This document shows, in pieces, positions 12,972 to 26,504 of a stretch of 64,000 nt of DNA. A program made the translations under genes and the position numbers. The stretch is from Sarea resinae. Taxonomy: Eukaryota. The DNA is taken from assembly GCA_026026165.1 (NCBI GenBank), contig JAPEUD010000037.1, forward strand, positions 124,001 through 188,000, given 5' to 3'. Numbering within the stretch: the stretch's first letter is position 1; the number at the start of each line of letters is the position of its first letter. Under the pieces are notes generated by a model that was given only the letters and a program-made list of their open reading frames with translations, ran no database searches and was not told the origin of the DNA.

Positions 12972-13804
12972 CGCGGCCGTCAATGGGTATCGATACCCTT
13001 TATATCTTGACGACCTCCATTTCACAATACCTAATCGCTGTGAACGGTATGCATGAGATGCACGAGATGGAGATCCGAGATTCCGTGGTGTGGGAAGGGG
13101 GCAAAGGGGGGGATTCCTCGCCATTCGTCGCCCACTTCTACTCTCCCCCCTCGTGAATGGGAGTCTCCTAAGCTCCCCAAGCCTCCTCAGCCTCCTCAGG
13201 CCACCAGGGCGCACTCGAGGTCGACAAGCAAGCCGCCATCATCATCTACTACCTCATACGACTATCCAGCTCGTACTACTCGGTCAGGTACCTCTTACTC
13301 GGGCGGGAGATAAATCTAGTGATCTCACATCAATCCCACCTTATTCCAATGTCATCTCCTCTTCTTGACCGCCTCTCGAACTCATCCATTGATTGATTGA
13401 TTGCCTTGCTTTGCCTTCCAATGCCTTGCCTTGCCACTACTCGGGCAGGATGATGGGGTCTAGGCTCTGCCGCATCCAGTAAAGGTAAGTAGACGACTAC
13501 CGCACTGCCAGTGCTGCCGACCGACCCTCTTCCGATACACCATCCACCCTAACTCGAAGTACCTTTACCTCGCTCGGCCGCCGTTTCACTACAGTCTACG
13601 GCGTACTGCGTACTTCGTACTCGACCTGCCCCCCCGTCATCCTCGATCCCTCCGCTCTCCCTCTCCCTCTCTCCCTGCCCTCGCTTGATCTGATCCGCCT
13701 GGGTCGTATCGGAAGACGTCTCCAGCGTGACCTATTACTTTCACTCAACCGAACCTGACCCTTCCAGTCGAGGCCAGGACCATCGGATGAGGTATGAATG
13801 AAGG

Positions 13805-16582
13805 ATGACTCGTCCGAAAGTGGACCCCGACAAGAGACAGCGGACTGCTCAAGCGTGCGACAGTTGCAAGCGGAGAAAGCAGAAAGTGAGTTGCCCATCC
13901 TGCCGTGTGCCCTGCCCCCGTTGCACCGGAGAGGAGAGGAGGCGAGGAGTTCGCACACCCCGGTCTTGGCGTTCCTGTACTGCGATGATGCTCACGACTG
14001 CTGTATTACCTGCAGTGCAATGGCCGATGCCCTTGCAACACGTGCGAGAGACGCAGTCTGTCATGCACATACGGCGCCACCGACCACACATCTGCGGATG
14101 ACTCTCCTCCCCCCAAGCGTCAATTGACCGAAAGTGGCATTGCTTGGGTGGGAGCCGGCGTCGCACCCGCTCATCACGGCCTCTCTCCACCGCCATCGCT
14201 CCCAACCGATACTCCCAGACACGGACATTCTTCACCTCAAGGCGAAAAGCCAGTAAAACCAGAACTCAATTCACTCAGGCCGAATTTATCCGATCCTCTA
14301 ATTTCTAATCCTTCCGCGCCTCCCAAGATAGAAGGCGGCCTTCCTATCGGAGAGTCACGTGGTACCACCCAAAGTGAAAATGATGAAGAAGCGTTAGATA
14401 TATCCGTTCTCTTCAAAAGTACTCTGCTAATCTGTTGCAAAGAGTTGTTTATACTCAAGCTCGTATGCTTCAGGATCCGACTGGTCGACTACGTGAGCAT
14501 TGTTTGCCGATCATTAAGAATTAGCTAATTTGGTCATAGTCTATGTGGGCGACTCAGGCACGCTTTCTTTCCTGCAGCTTGTTCGGATGACTGTTGAAAG
14601 CGTTGTTGGACCATCTCCTTTTACCTTGGACCCCAGACGGCACCGAATCCTGGAGAATGTCATGTCGTTGCCCCCTAACGTTAGACATACGCACCTCCTC
14701 CCTGACAAAAAGACCGCCCAAGTCCTGATCGAGTCCTTTTTCGTAAATGTAAGCATGATCCGAGCCGCAGTATTTGATTTAGTAGCTCACCCGTGTTAGA
14801 CCCATGGCCTGGTTCAGGTTTTTGATCGCGCCACTTTTTTGACCAATGTAGATAACTGCTACTCTGATCCTCTTTCCACCGACCCATCCTTTCTGTGTTT
14901 GCTCAACCTCGTTTTTGCCATTGGTCTTGTTTTGGCTATGCCAACTCCGGGGTCATTCGAAGCCAAGGTGGTCGATAAGCTGAGAGCCGATCCTTTAGAT
15001 CGAGCGGAGATTTTTTATCGGAATGCCAAGAATCTGAGCGATCCTGTGTCAGGCTTTGAAGATGCGGATTTCTGGTCCATCCAAGCGTTGTTGCTGATGG
15101 CCATATATATGCTGGCCGTTTCCAAGAGAAATGCCGCCTTTGCATACTTTGGTATGTGACTGCATTCTTCTGAGAGGCTTTTCGCTCATAAATTATAGGC
15201 ATGGCAGTACGGTCTGCATTCGCTCTAGGTTTGCACCGAGAGGAGACGCTCGTCATATGGAACCAGCACGAGCAACAAGAAAGGCGCAATCTTTGGCGGA
15301 GCCTGTATGTGATAGATCGATTTCTATCCGCTTCTCTTGGGCGACCCACAGCCATCTCGGATGACGATTGCTCGGGTGACACCCTGAAGCCCGCGGATAC
15401 TCCACCTTCTTCAATACCAGCAGATCCCAATCAATACAACTCCCTTGGCCTAGAGGCTTCTGTACGGATATGCAACGTCATCGGTATCATTTTGAAACGG
15501 GTCTATCAACAACGGAAGGTTTCTACTCGATTAGCTGGAGAGATTGCCGATCTGTGTAAGATTTGGCCCAAGGCTCTCTCACCTTCGCTCCATTGGAGAC
15601 AAGCGACGGCCGCGAATCCCAGCCAAGGAATTGCTATTCTTCACGTCAACATTTTCTATTGCCACTCAATCATTCTCCTGAATCGGCCATTCTTTTTGTT
15701 TTTGTTTCATGTCGAAATTCAAAAATTCAAATCCGGTCAAGGTCGACGTACGCAACGTTCAGGGAGGATGGAGAAGTTTGCCGAAGCTTGCGTTATAGCC
15801 TCGACGCATACCGTTGCCTTGGTCCAGAATGCTTATGAGGGTGGCTACCTGCCAAAGAGGAATCCCTTTGTCATGTAAGTTGATTCGTTGGTTTTTGAGA
15901 TGTAAGCTTACTGGGAGAAAGATACTTTTTGTTCGCTGCCGCCCTAATTATATTGTGTAATGAGTTTGGTGGACTTTACTTCAACCCCGATGGCGATGCG
16001 TGCATCTCTAACTCGATTACCTTGATGGCCTACTGTGCCGAAACCGATCCTCAAGCCTCACGACTTCTTACGATCTTGTCCACTTTCCAGAACGTCGTCA
16101 TAGCACGAAAAGGTGCAAACAGCACTCGACTCACATCTCAAGCATTAGATAAAAATTCCAATGCTTTGAACCAGTCGAACATTCAGTCCTCACCCTTGGA
16201 CACCCAAAACCAGAACCCACCATTAATGAGACCCGAGACTGCATTCAATCAAGTCTCACCAACTGCCGTCATGACGTCACCGTCACAGCCACAAACCCAG
16301 GGGGGCCCTCAAGCTCCTTTACTTCGGCAAACGTCTGCGACCTTTGGTTTGCCTGATTTAGGAATCAACCGGGGTAGCAACCAAGGCCAAGCCACTTCTG
16401 ACGATTCCGCCGGACCGGATGAGCAAGTCGAGTTTGACGCCTTGTGGCAGTGGCCTGCTACTATGACTGGGAGTGCCACCGTCCCAGGATCCGAACCAAT
16501 GATTGGCGCCGGCGTTCAGGGCATCAGCGACAGTAGCGTTCCCTTGTTTGGGAATTGGGAGTTGTCTGGGCAATGGACTTGA
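13805..16582 (+). CDS. Zn(II)2Cys6 fungal-specific transcription factor, multi-exon
   Basis: 'ACDSCKRRKQK' | intron | 'CNGRCPCNTCERRSLSC'; 'YVGDSGTLSFLQ'; Fungal_trans motif 'AVRSAFALGLHR...RRNLWRSLYVIDRFLSASLGRP'. Confidence 0.92.
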
Positions 16583-17061
16583 TGAGAGCGGAGCGAAGCT
16601 GCCAATCGTCCGCCAAGAAACTGATGGGTTGCAACGAGAAGCCGTGAGACAGACGGTGGACTAGACAGGCCGATGACTCATTACCCTTTTGAACGGCATG
16701 CTCTATGGCGTGAAGCTGTGAAATAAAACAGCTTCTGCCTCATTTGCGCATTTCGGAAGTCGTGAGGAGAGTTGGGTTTGTGATATTTAACACTATGGTG
16801 AGTGGAACTTGTCAAGTCAAGGTTCCCAAAAAGGTTCTTTCCAAGGCCGAAAGATCAGAGTGAAGTTCAACTTGCTCGCTCAACAGTCATCGAAAAACTC
16901 CAAGCGTCACGACCAGAAGTCGCCAAATCCAGACTAGCAGAGTACATGTCCAACCATATCTCGCGATCGAATTTGGTCTCGATATCCCCTCTCCATCATC
17001 AGACGATCTCCACTCTTCCTTTCAAGGCGAAAGAAAAGTCTTGCTATCCTCCACTCCGTCT

Positions 17062-18519
17062 TCACGCGCGTACGCCTCCCTCGCTCGACGTCATCGGCGT
17101 CGCGCCCGCAACCGAGTTGCCTTTGGCCTCTTCGTATGAAGCCAATTTGAAGTCGTATGGAAGGTCGAACTGGGCGCGCGGGTCGCCTTCGCGCGGCAGG
17201 AAGTCGACGACCAGGGATTTCTTGACGGCGAAAACGGCGTCATCCGTGATGTGCTTGTCGCGGCGGTCGAAAATCTGCGTCACGATCGGCTTGTAGCCTG
17301 GGGCCGTGACCTATATGAAGGGATGAGGTTAGGACTGTGTGCGGCTGTGAGATGAAGGATATTATGGATGGAAGCTCGACTCTGTAATTTTATGTAGATC
17401 TTGTTCAGAAGCAAAGAAAGGGGGGAGATTGAAGCTAGCGATCCGATTATGGATAAAGGGCGCGCAGAGAGATAGAGAACTGTAACATCACAACTCACAA
17501 TGAAATGGATATGCGCCGGCCTCATGGGATGGCGATCTAAAAGCTGCAACAACTTGCCAGCCGGCCCGTCATAGGGGATCGGATAGCTCGTGGGTCTCAG
17601 GCAGTAGAAGCTATACGACCCATCCTCACCCGTCGTGAACCTGCCCCGGAGATTCATATCCGGCTGCTCGGGATCCTGCTGTTCATACAGGCCGTTGGGC
17701 GCCGTATGCCAGACATCGAGCAGCGCGCCCGCGATCGGCTTGCCCGAGAGGTAGTCGACCACGCGCCCGTGCATGTACGTGTGGTCGCCGTTCAGGATCT
17801 CCTGGCTGCTTCCCTCGCGCACGATCGAGGCGTCCATGGGCAGCTGCGGCGCATTGTGGCGGTAGAACGGACCGAGGATCGCCGTGGCGGTTGGCAGGTC
17901 GTGCGTCGGTGTCGCGGTCAGGATCTTGAATGTGATTTCGTCGACGAGGGATTCGAGACCGAGCACATCGCATAGGAGCTGTCCTTCGTTGCGCACCTCG
18001 GTCGACATGCGACCTGCTTCGTTGACCTAGGGAGAAATGCTATGTTAGTGGAGAAGGACTTAAAAAGAGCATAGGTGTGCGAGATTTCGCAGTGGCTCTT
18101 TGGACAGGAGAGGGGCTTAGGAGAGAGAGGTGCTTGAGGTGGTCCAGATGCAACAGAATCGAACAGGATATAAAGTAGAGCAATCGAGACTGACTGACCA
18201 TCTCAACGGCGGCCATCCACTCATCGATCGTGACCTCGTTCTCGCGTGCAAAGTCATGGAGATGTTGGATCAGACTGCCGACGACGGAGCGGATTCGCGG
18301 CGTGGCTTTGGGGCCCGTGGCTGCCACGACGTTGGCTGTGAAGTGCGGGTCGAATTGGTGGTTCGCTTTCGCCGTTGTTGCTTCTTCTGTTCCGGCGGCT
18401 GTGGAGGGAGGAGAGTCCTTCGGGTTGTTGCAATTGCTGCAGGTGTCGTTGTCCGCCGAGGACATGGTCTCGGGAGCGAGCCGGAGCGGGACGTGTGAGG
18501 TGGTGGGCGGTGAGGCCAT
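17062..18519 (-). CDS. Intradiol ring-cleavage dioxygenase (catechol/hydroxyquinol 1,2-dioxygenase type); exons 18519-18199, 18026-17499, 17310-17062
   Basis: 'LIQHLHDFARE', 'AILGPFY', 'DVWHTAPNGLYEQQD', 'YPIPYDGPAGKLL', 'RPAHIHFIV', 'DDAVFAVKKSL'; spliced length 1098 nt, in frame. Confidence 0.93.
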
Positions 18520-19432
18520 TATTGCTGTCTTTGTGTAATTGTGTGAGGATTTTGATATTTGGTGATGTGGGATTATGAGGACGGTGATTTGGGGGTCGTA
18601 GGTGAGGACTCAATAATGCTTGGGTATATAGTCAAATGCTAGGAGAGAAAGAAAGATACGAAGAAGCCTCTTGTATTTGGCCGCCTAAACTGTACAAGAA
18701 GAATCCACAGCCCAAGACAGCTGTCTTGTTTTATTGCGTATTGCTGTAGAATGAGAATGAGGTTTCAGTTCCCTGGGACAGGGGCGCAAGCTGCCATGAT
18801 CTCCAAGAGGAAGCAACCAACACCTTCCACACAGCTGCCTGCCGTATCCAGCAATAGAATGCCGCGGGGTCCTCAAAATCGAATGATTTAGTGGATTGGT
18901 ATGCAGGTGATAGGTGAACGGGCAGGCAGGGAGGGCTCCTGCGGGGCCGTTGCGTGCAGCTATTAGTGTGCGGGAGGCCTGCGTGGGGCGGGCTTCGGTA
19001 TCGGATTCGGTGGGAAGGGGGGGTCTAGGACTCGCGCGCTTGGGTGAAGAGGGTCCGAAGGCGCTGAAATGGATGATCCGAGTAGTGCACACTTGCAGAC
19101 GAGTTGGGGATTTGATGAGAAACAGTCCGATCTTGTATGGCTGTATCCCTACAAGCACTGTCTCCAACCAATATGCTATCGATAATGAGCAATTACCAAA
19201 TGCGTAGCCACGATCAGCTTGTCGCAGAGGCTTGTGATGCGGGGCGGAGGACTGATCAAATAGATAACGGAGATATAAGTGGTCAAGCGCGATCTGATAA
19301 GCCGAGCGTGCCAAGCCAGCTGTCTGCTGACTGATCACCTCCCCGTAGCCGGACATCTCGACATCGCAGAGCAACACCAATTGAGTGCGGATACTGTAGC
19401 CCAGCAGAAACACCTCTCAAGCACTCGTCACA

Positions 19433-19991
19433 ATGTCTTCAGGATACGGTCTCAACGGCGGTAAGTCTTGCCTCTGCAATTGAGCGTCTGCGGATTTGGC
19501 CACGCTGATCGCGCCCATTTCCGCGCTCGAGGTGCATCCGGAATTATCCTGGTGATGATGAAGCCGTAATGATTCGCGGCATCCTGACTGACGATGCACT
19601 TCTTTTCGAATAGGGCCGTCTCGCTGCTTTCCCTTCTGGCAGGAGCTACTTGCTTGTTACGTCGTCAACGCGAATGGGGAGGACACCACCGGAAAGAAGA
19701 AGTGTCTGCCAGTGATGGAAGATTATTATGAGTGTCTGCACCACAAGAAGGAGGTGCGTTGATGAATAATTCATCCTGCTTGCAAATACACAGTCTGGAC
19801 CCGTCTCGAAGACCTAGAAGGCTAATCAAGTCTGTATCCCTCAGGCTGCCAAAACCCGGGCGCTCCAGCACGCATACCGAAAAGCACAAGCCGCTCATCC
19901 GAGAGAAGACGCGCCCAAAGCAGGTCAGATACGGAGACTGGGGCTGTTGGATTCGGAGGAGGATACGAAGGCAGTTCTGGGCTCGAGTTGA
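19433..19991 (+). CDS. NDUFS5: NADH:ubiquinone oxidoreductase small subunit (NDUFS5-like); exons 19433-19460, 19614-19753, 19845-19991; missing from ORF track
   Basis: Spliced product MSSGYGLNGGPSRCFPFWQELLACYVVN...KKCLPVMEDYYECLHHKKEAAKTRALQ with twin CX9C motifs. Confidence 0.88.
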
Positions 19992-21862
19992 AGCGATGAT
20001 CTGGAAGGGTTGGAGCGATGTAGCATATTGGTTTATATGTAGTCCTCATGGTTCTAGCATTCGGACAAGCGGACTACCTATATAAATGAAAGACAACCTA
20101 CTTCAAGGTTTTAACCATTGCTCCGGTAACTGGATTCGTTGCCGTTACTGGATCTTTTTGGAAATTGTGGGTGACTGGTACTGAGAGTAGTATGGCGACT
20201 GCAAGGCGCTGGTACGACACCTTCATCTCCAGTTCTTCTATTCGAAACTGAAGATTTCAATGTGTTTCGATGTGTTCATATAATTGCCCTCTATAAGATG
20301 CTACGAGAGCCGCTTGGTTCCGAAGAGTCGTCGTGGCAGATGTTGGAACAACGGAACCGGCTTAAGGCTCTCACGTATTGTGTTTATGTTCGCACCTTTA
20401 ATTCTCCGGCACTCCGGTATGGAGTGCCAAAAGTCTTCCTAAAGATTGATATTTGACCAGTCCACGCCATTATTATTACAAAATTACGATTAACGTGCTC
20501 CCGATCCATGGTCTCGGACAAAGACCCCCTGTCGATGGATGGCACAGTAGGATGTGCGTGGGAATGCCTCCTTAGAAAGGGGTGCGATTTCTCAAGTCTC
20601 TGAAGCCTATCAAAGTACTAGAATAGACCGTCCTGTGCTACGTAGTAAGAGTCGATTAGCTCGCATCAGAGCTGGGACGATTCGTCTTGGATATAGGTGT
20701 CCTTCTAGATGAATCGCGACCACTATTCTTGTTAGTCACATGTATAGCCTCATATTTCAGCTCGATAATTCACCAGAAATATTATTCCCCTTTCGGCTTA
20801 CTGTAAGGTGGGACAGGTAGTCAAAAGAATCTCCAGCAGCAAGCTCAAAAATATCGTAGCCGATATTCACACCAGATTCGGATTGATAGATGCTGCGAAT
20901 CAATGCGCCCTTATAAGCTGTAACAACCTAACGGTTTCGGCCGTCCCACCATGGATAGTTTCGTCCGCCGTGAGCCTTGGAAGACCGCCTTTCAACGGGC
21001 TTCTCTCGTCCGCTTTGTGCCTTTGGGACGGTTTTACCGTATCAATTCTTGCCTACTAGGTACCTCGTATGTATCCGAGGATGGCTTTATCGTGACACTT
21101 TTAGTGCATATGACTCGACGAGTCAAACACCACATGCGGATACAAGAGGCGCGCGCCAGTAGACAGTAAACAAATGACAAAGAAACCCCAAATTCAATAG
21201 GGCCATCAAACACCCGGTGGGGATAATGGAGCTTCGCTGTCACATGAGAAGTTGCATTCTAAATACGTCACGCTTTAGGAAATGTTACTCATCCCGACGT
21301 GTCTCGACCTCCAGGCGGGTTAGGTTGTTTCTCCTACTTCAACTGGCGGTGGGAGATAGAGTCATACTCCGGAGTACCGTAGTATGGAGGTAGGGCCTGT
21401 AGGGCCAGTCGAGCGGGCAGATGTCGATGATACGTCAAGTGGGCTGGCACAACTACATAGTACCACTACCTAAACACACACGCACACGCACAAAATATCT
21501 GCTGAGGTCCAATTTTCCAGTGATCTGGCTGCCCAATGCGACGTCGAGGTGGGGCTCCCGCACGGTGAATCACTCAATCGATTGGCTCGCTTAGTGGAAA
21601 AAAACTCTAACCGGCCCAGTCCATTTGCCTCCTCGTTCCCTCGCCAGGTTGCCAGAGAAGGTTCTTAAACGCTGTCGACCCTTCCCATCCTCCTGTTTCT
21701 CTCCTCGTCAGCTCAGTGAGTGAAAACCCTCATCCATCAACTTTCCATCGCTCCTTCGGACTAACAGACCAGCAGCACCACAACGCATCAGCCGTAGTAT
21801 CTGAGCAGTTCAAGCCTTCTTCACAAACCACATCTCCCAAGCATTCAAACACAGCCTTCACC

Positions 21863-23727
21863 ATGGGGTAAGCCTTCCATCTGGGTGACGATGCGGCGTG
21901 CCGCCTCAACGCGCCTCGTATCAGTTTGCGCCTCGTGGAGGATATCGCTGACTTGGCCTCCGCTCCACAGTAAGGAAAAGACTCACATTAACGTCGTCGT
22001 TATCGGCCACGTCGACTCCGGAAAGTCGACCACTACCGGTAAGTCGAAAGCAATCTGCGCTCCCTTTGCGCGCAAACTTACAATGTTCTCTTCAGGTCAC
22101 TTGATCTACAAGTGCGGTGGTATTGACAAGCGTACCATTGAGAAGTTCGAGAAGGTAAGAATATCGGCCACATTTTCTTTCATTTTTCTCTTATCGCTGC
22201 CCCTCGTTGGCGGGCGCAATCTTTATGGTGGGGGAGGGGCACATACGCGCTAGGCGAGATTTGCGATCGCACTTTCATACTTTCGCCTATTGAGGCAGTC
22301 ACGCATGCCCTTCACAGTCCCCTTTGGCCAACCTCCTTTTCAACTTGCGTTTGATCAATCCCATCTTCAAGATACCATTGCGCTATAATGCGCCTCGTCG
22401 ATCATGCCGTCACTAACACATCAATAGGAAGCTGCCGAGTTGGGCAAGGGTTCCTTCAAGTACGCCTGGGTTCTTGACAAGCTAAAGGCTGAGCGTGAGC
22501 GTGGTATCACCATCGACATTGCTCTCTGGAAGTTCGAGACTCCCAAGTACTATGTCACCGTCATTGGTAAGTGATGTGCTGATTCTTTTCCACAACTTGA
22601 ATGCTTATCCTTCACTAGACGCCCCTGGTCATCGTGACTTCATCAAGAACATGATCACTGGTACCTCCCAGGCCGATTGCGCTATCCTTATTATCGCTGC
22701 CGGTACTGGTGAGTTCGAGGCTGGTATCTCCAAGGATGGCCAGACCCGTGAGCACGCTCTGCTCGCTTTCACCCTCGGTGTGAAGCAGCTCATCGTTGCC
22801 ATCAATAAGATGGACACCGCCAAGTGGGCCGAGGACCGTTACCTAGAAATCATCAAGGAGACTTCCAGCTTCATCAAGAAGGTTGGCTTCAACCCCAAGT
22901 CGGTTGCTTTCGTGCCGATTTCCGGTTTCAACGGTGACAACATGATCGAGCCCTCCACCAACTGCCCCTGGTACAAGGGTTGGGAGAAGGAGACCAAGGC
23001 CGGCAAGTCCAGCGGCAAGACTCTCCTCGAGGCCATCGATTCCATCGACCAGCCCACCCGTCCCCATGACAAGCCCCTCCGTCTTCCCCTCCAGGATGTT
23101 TACAAGATCGGCGGTATTGGCACTGTGCCCGTCGGCCGTGTCGAGACTGGCGTTATCAAGCCCGGCATGGTCGTTACCTTCGCTCCCCCTATGGTCACCA
23201 CCGAAGTCAAGTCCGTTGAGATGCACCACGAGCAGCTCAAGGAGGGTCTTCCAGGTGACAACGTCGGCTTCAACGTGAAGAACGTTTCCGTTAAGGAAAT
23301 CCGCCGTGGCAACGTTGCTGGTGACTCCAAGCAAGACCCCCCGAAGGGTGCCGAGTCGTTCAACGCCCAGGTCATCGTCCTCAACCACCCTGGTCAAATC
23401 GGTGCTGGTTACGCTCCAGTCCTCGACTGCCACACCGCCCACATTGCTTGCAAGTTCGCTGAGCTCTTGGAGAAGATCGACCGCCGTACCGGCAAGTCCA
23501 TCGAAGACGCTCCCAAGTTCATCAAGTCCGGTGACGCCTCCATCGTCAAGATGATCCCGTCCAAGCCCATGTGTGTCGAGTCCTTCACCGAGTACCCGCC
23601 CCTTGGTCGCTTCGCCGTCCGTGACATGCGTCAAACTGTCGCGGTAGGGGTAATCAAGAGTGTTCAGAAGTTAGAAGCCGGCCAGAAGCTCACCAAGGCG
23701 GCCGCGAAGAAACAGTCTGGTAAGTAA
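21863..23727 (+). CDS. tef1: Translation elongation factor 1-alpha; exons 21863-21867, 21971-22038, 22096-22154, 22428-22566, 22619-23727 (459 aa)
   Basis: '[24 protein letters not shown]', '[20 protein letters not shown]', '[21 protein letters not shown]'; strong codon bias. Confidence 0.99.
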
Positions 23728-24479
23728 ACGGAGTTCGTGGCTCATTTGGCTGCGGATTTGGTGCGGATTTGGTTGAGATACGATGCCTTTCTTTGCTCCT
23801 TTAGTGTCACATGGTCAATGATGAAATGATGGTTCGGGGCTTTGCAAATGCGCTTTCTAGATTACAAGTAGTAAAATACAAATCCTAGAGGCATCACTCT
23901 TCTATGCAATATGTGATGTGAGATCTGTAAATGGTTTAATCTGGTTCTTTCAATTTGGTTCTATGTAAATAAGGGACAATTGATACGACCGGAGCGCTAA
24001 GTAATCAGACTCGTCACGTGAGTCCTCACAAGTATCTGTCCTTCGCTTGAATCGTAGCGGTGGTGCATGGATGTCTGCCAAATACCCCTGGAGCAACTCA
24101 AGCAAATCCGGATTAGTATATCTGTGCTTCGTGCTTCCTAATTCGTACATCGATTAATCTCGACCTCGATCTCGACTGGCACGGTATTGATCCTCAGCTC
24201 AGGACAAGGACAGCACAGCACAGCGTATTGACTCCTGGACTCTGTATTAACAGTACTGCTCTCGGTATTGCTATCGCTCTTACTGTTGCAATTGCTCTCC
24301 CTGTCGCTAGCAATTCCCCGCATATATGTGGGCTAAGTAGGCATCCTAGTCATTGGCTGTATCAGAGCTCTGGCGGGAGAGGGGGCCGTCACAGTTTGCG
24401 GCCTCAGCACCGACGGCGGTGAACTTGCTGTCGCGGCGATAGAAGTCTGGCTACTTCGTACATCCAATCCAGTTCCGAC

Positions 24480-25520
24480 TCCTACTTTTGCGATTGCTTC
24501 TCTGCCGCCCACTTTATTTTCTTTGCCTTGAGTTCATCTCGTTCTTCATCCGTCATCGCCGCTTTTCGTTTTCGGGCCGATTCGCTTTCTCTCTTTCTTT
24601 TCTTTGCCAGGAATTCATCCCGTTCTTCATCCGTCATCGCCATTTTCGTTTTCGGGCCTGTGTCTCTCTTTTCTCTTCTTCTTTTCTCGCTGCTCTTCGT
24701 TTTCTTCTCTGTTCGTTTTCGCTGTCCCGCGTCTCTCTCTTCTCTTCTTCCTTTCTCGCTGTTCTTCTTCTCCTTCTCTGTTCATTTTCGCGCTCCCTTG
24801 TCTCTCGTTTCTCTTCTTCTGTCTTTCCTGCTCTAAGAGCTCTTCTCCTCTCCTTATATCTGCGCATATATTAGCGCTGCTTTTCTCTCGCCTCTTCCTT
24901 CTCCTCTGTCATCACAAGCGCTTTCTTCGCCTTGGGTTTTCTGCTTCTCGCGGCGTTTCCAGCTTTCAATTGCTTCAGTTCTTTCTCATTCATGTGGGCC
25001 CGTCTATTGATTTCATACGTGCGGAAATACTTGCGCTCCTCTTCCTTCCTCTCTTCGTCCCATTTTCCCTGTTTGATCATCCTGGAGGCCGCAACCTCCT
25101 CGTTATGCCTTTCACGTTCCTCGGCCGACCAGGCTGCCTGCTTTTCTCTTCTCTCTGCCCTCTTCAAGGGGGTCCAGTTCCTGTAGGACCGGTACCTTCG
25201 GAGTCTTTCTCCCGTCAACTCCGCTTCCTACTTCTTGAAATACTCGCGGTATTTCTTTAGTTCCAATTGCCTATCTATTGGAAGCCGGAGGTTTTCCACC
25301 AGCGGCGAATGGGTACACCCCCTGCCCGCCATTCCAGCCCGTCATCCGGCCGCATTTGAAGTAAGTCGCTGGAGACTCTTGTTGTGAAGACCGCTCCCAG
25401 CCAGGCTTATAATTGTGCTTATTATTTCTTTCTACATTACGCAAACGGACTTCCAACCACAAGCCATCTGATCTCCTCGAAGATACCGATATTGGCCAAA
25501 TCAGCCATCATGGCCCGTCT
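24480..25520 (-). pseudogene. C-terminal half of a GIY-YIG-family paralogue with stops/frameshifts and expanded internal repeats
   Basis: 'CTHSPLVENLRLPIDRQLELKKYREYFKK*EAELTGERLRRYRSYRNWTP...EKQR*YMRRYK' aligns by eye with 'CTHSPLAENLRLPIDTELRKKRYREYLKNW...EKQREYMRAYK' of 30203-31661. Confidence 0.85.
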
Positions 25521-25609
25521 AGCCATCTATTATTGTATTTTATTATATTAGTCAAAATATTTCTAGTATTCTTAGAAGTCAAAAGGGCATGGTAACAGAA
25601 GTCGGTTGG

Positions 25610-25905
25610 ATATTCAAGGAGCCGCATTCGATAAAGCGGACAACGGTCTCCGCCATAGTGTCCGCAAAGAATCGAGTTCCTGAGGCCGCTTCGGAGAAGG
25701 TTTTGGAGGTGCAGGGGCCGCCCAGTGTTCTCCCCAGGCTGATTCGGATGGGTGAACGATATGGCATACGGAACAGCCATGGTGGAATTTTAGCCAGTGG
25801 TCTTTGAAAGCCGCATTCGACAAAGCGGATGACGGTTTCCGCCATGGTATCTGTGAAAGTGTACGTGCCTAAGGCCGCTTCGGGGAAGGTTTTGGAAGTA
25901 CAAGC
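25610..25905. repeat. Diverged ~95-bp direct repeat (two copies, ~25620 and ~25809)
   Basis: agccgcattcga(t/c)aaagcgga...aggccgcttcgg(a/g)gaaggttttgga present twice. Confidence 0.8.
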
Positions 25906-26504
25906 TTTATGGATTGTTTCGCTGCGGAGAAGAAGATATACAAATGCTTGCACAAGCAATGAATGTGTTTGCGGTTCTTCTGTCTTGTTTGTCTCGGACC
26001 TCTGTTCTCTCCTCTGGCCAGCACCATTCGCTCTCCTCTTCCCAGTCAGAATAGCTCGATGTCTAAGTCATACACAATTAATTGTTTTATTGGTTCGGGT
26101 GCAGTCTCTGCTGCATTCGCTTGCAATAGACGCAGATGAGCTGTACGGTAAATGAGACAATCATATGGACATACTTCGATCCCGAAGCGTGCCGAGTCTC
26201 TTTTTGGGTTGTAAGGGTAATTAGGTGGTTTTAGTACGTTATCAACTCGAGCTTGCAAATCCTCAATTATTTAGTATATTATATATACTATTAGATGATG
26301 CGTCTCTGGCTCTGTAGCTTTCTAGCGTTAATATACTATCAATGTTATATTCTTTGTTAGTGGTCTTATCCGAATTGTCAGCTCTTGTCCCCAGAGTCGC
26401 ATCATTGCTTGACTGCATTTTATAAAACCGGCTTTTCTCGCTCTCAACATTTGCGTGGAGCTTTCTGTCGCTCCCATCGTTCGAAAGAGTCTCGTGTCCG
26501 GCGC

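Noticed and set aside
18685..19413. 242-aa ORF between the dioxygenase and NDUFS5
   Set aside because: No recognisable motifs; occupies a divergent promoter region.
19550..19595. Box C/D snoRNA in NDUFS5 intron 1 (TGATGA...CTGA)
   Set aside because: Boxes only ~30 nt apart, and the CTGAC is explained as the branch point.
22843..23634. 263-aa antisense ORF over tef1 (and similar shadow ORFs over other genes)
   Set aside because: Expected by-product of strong codon bias on the sense strand.
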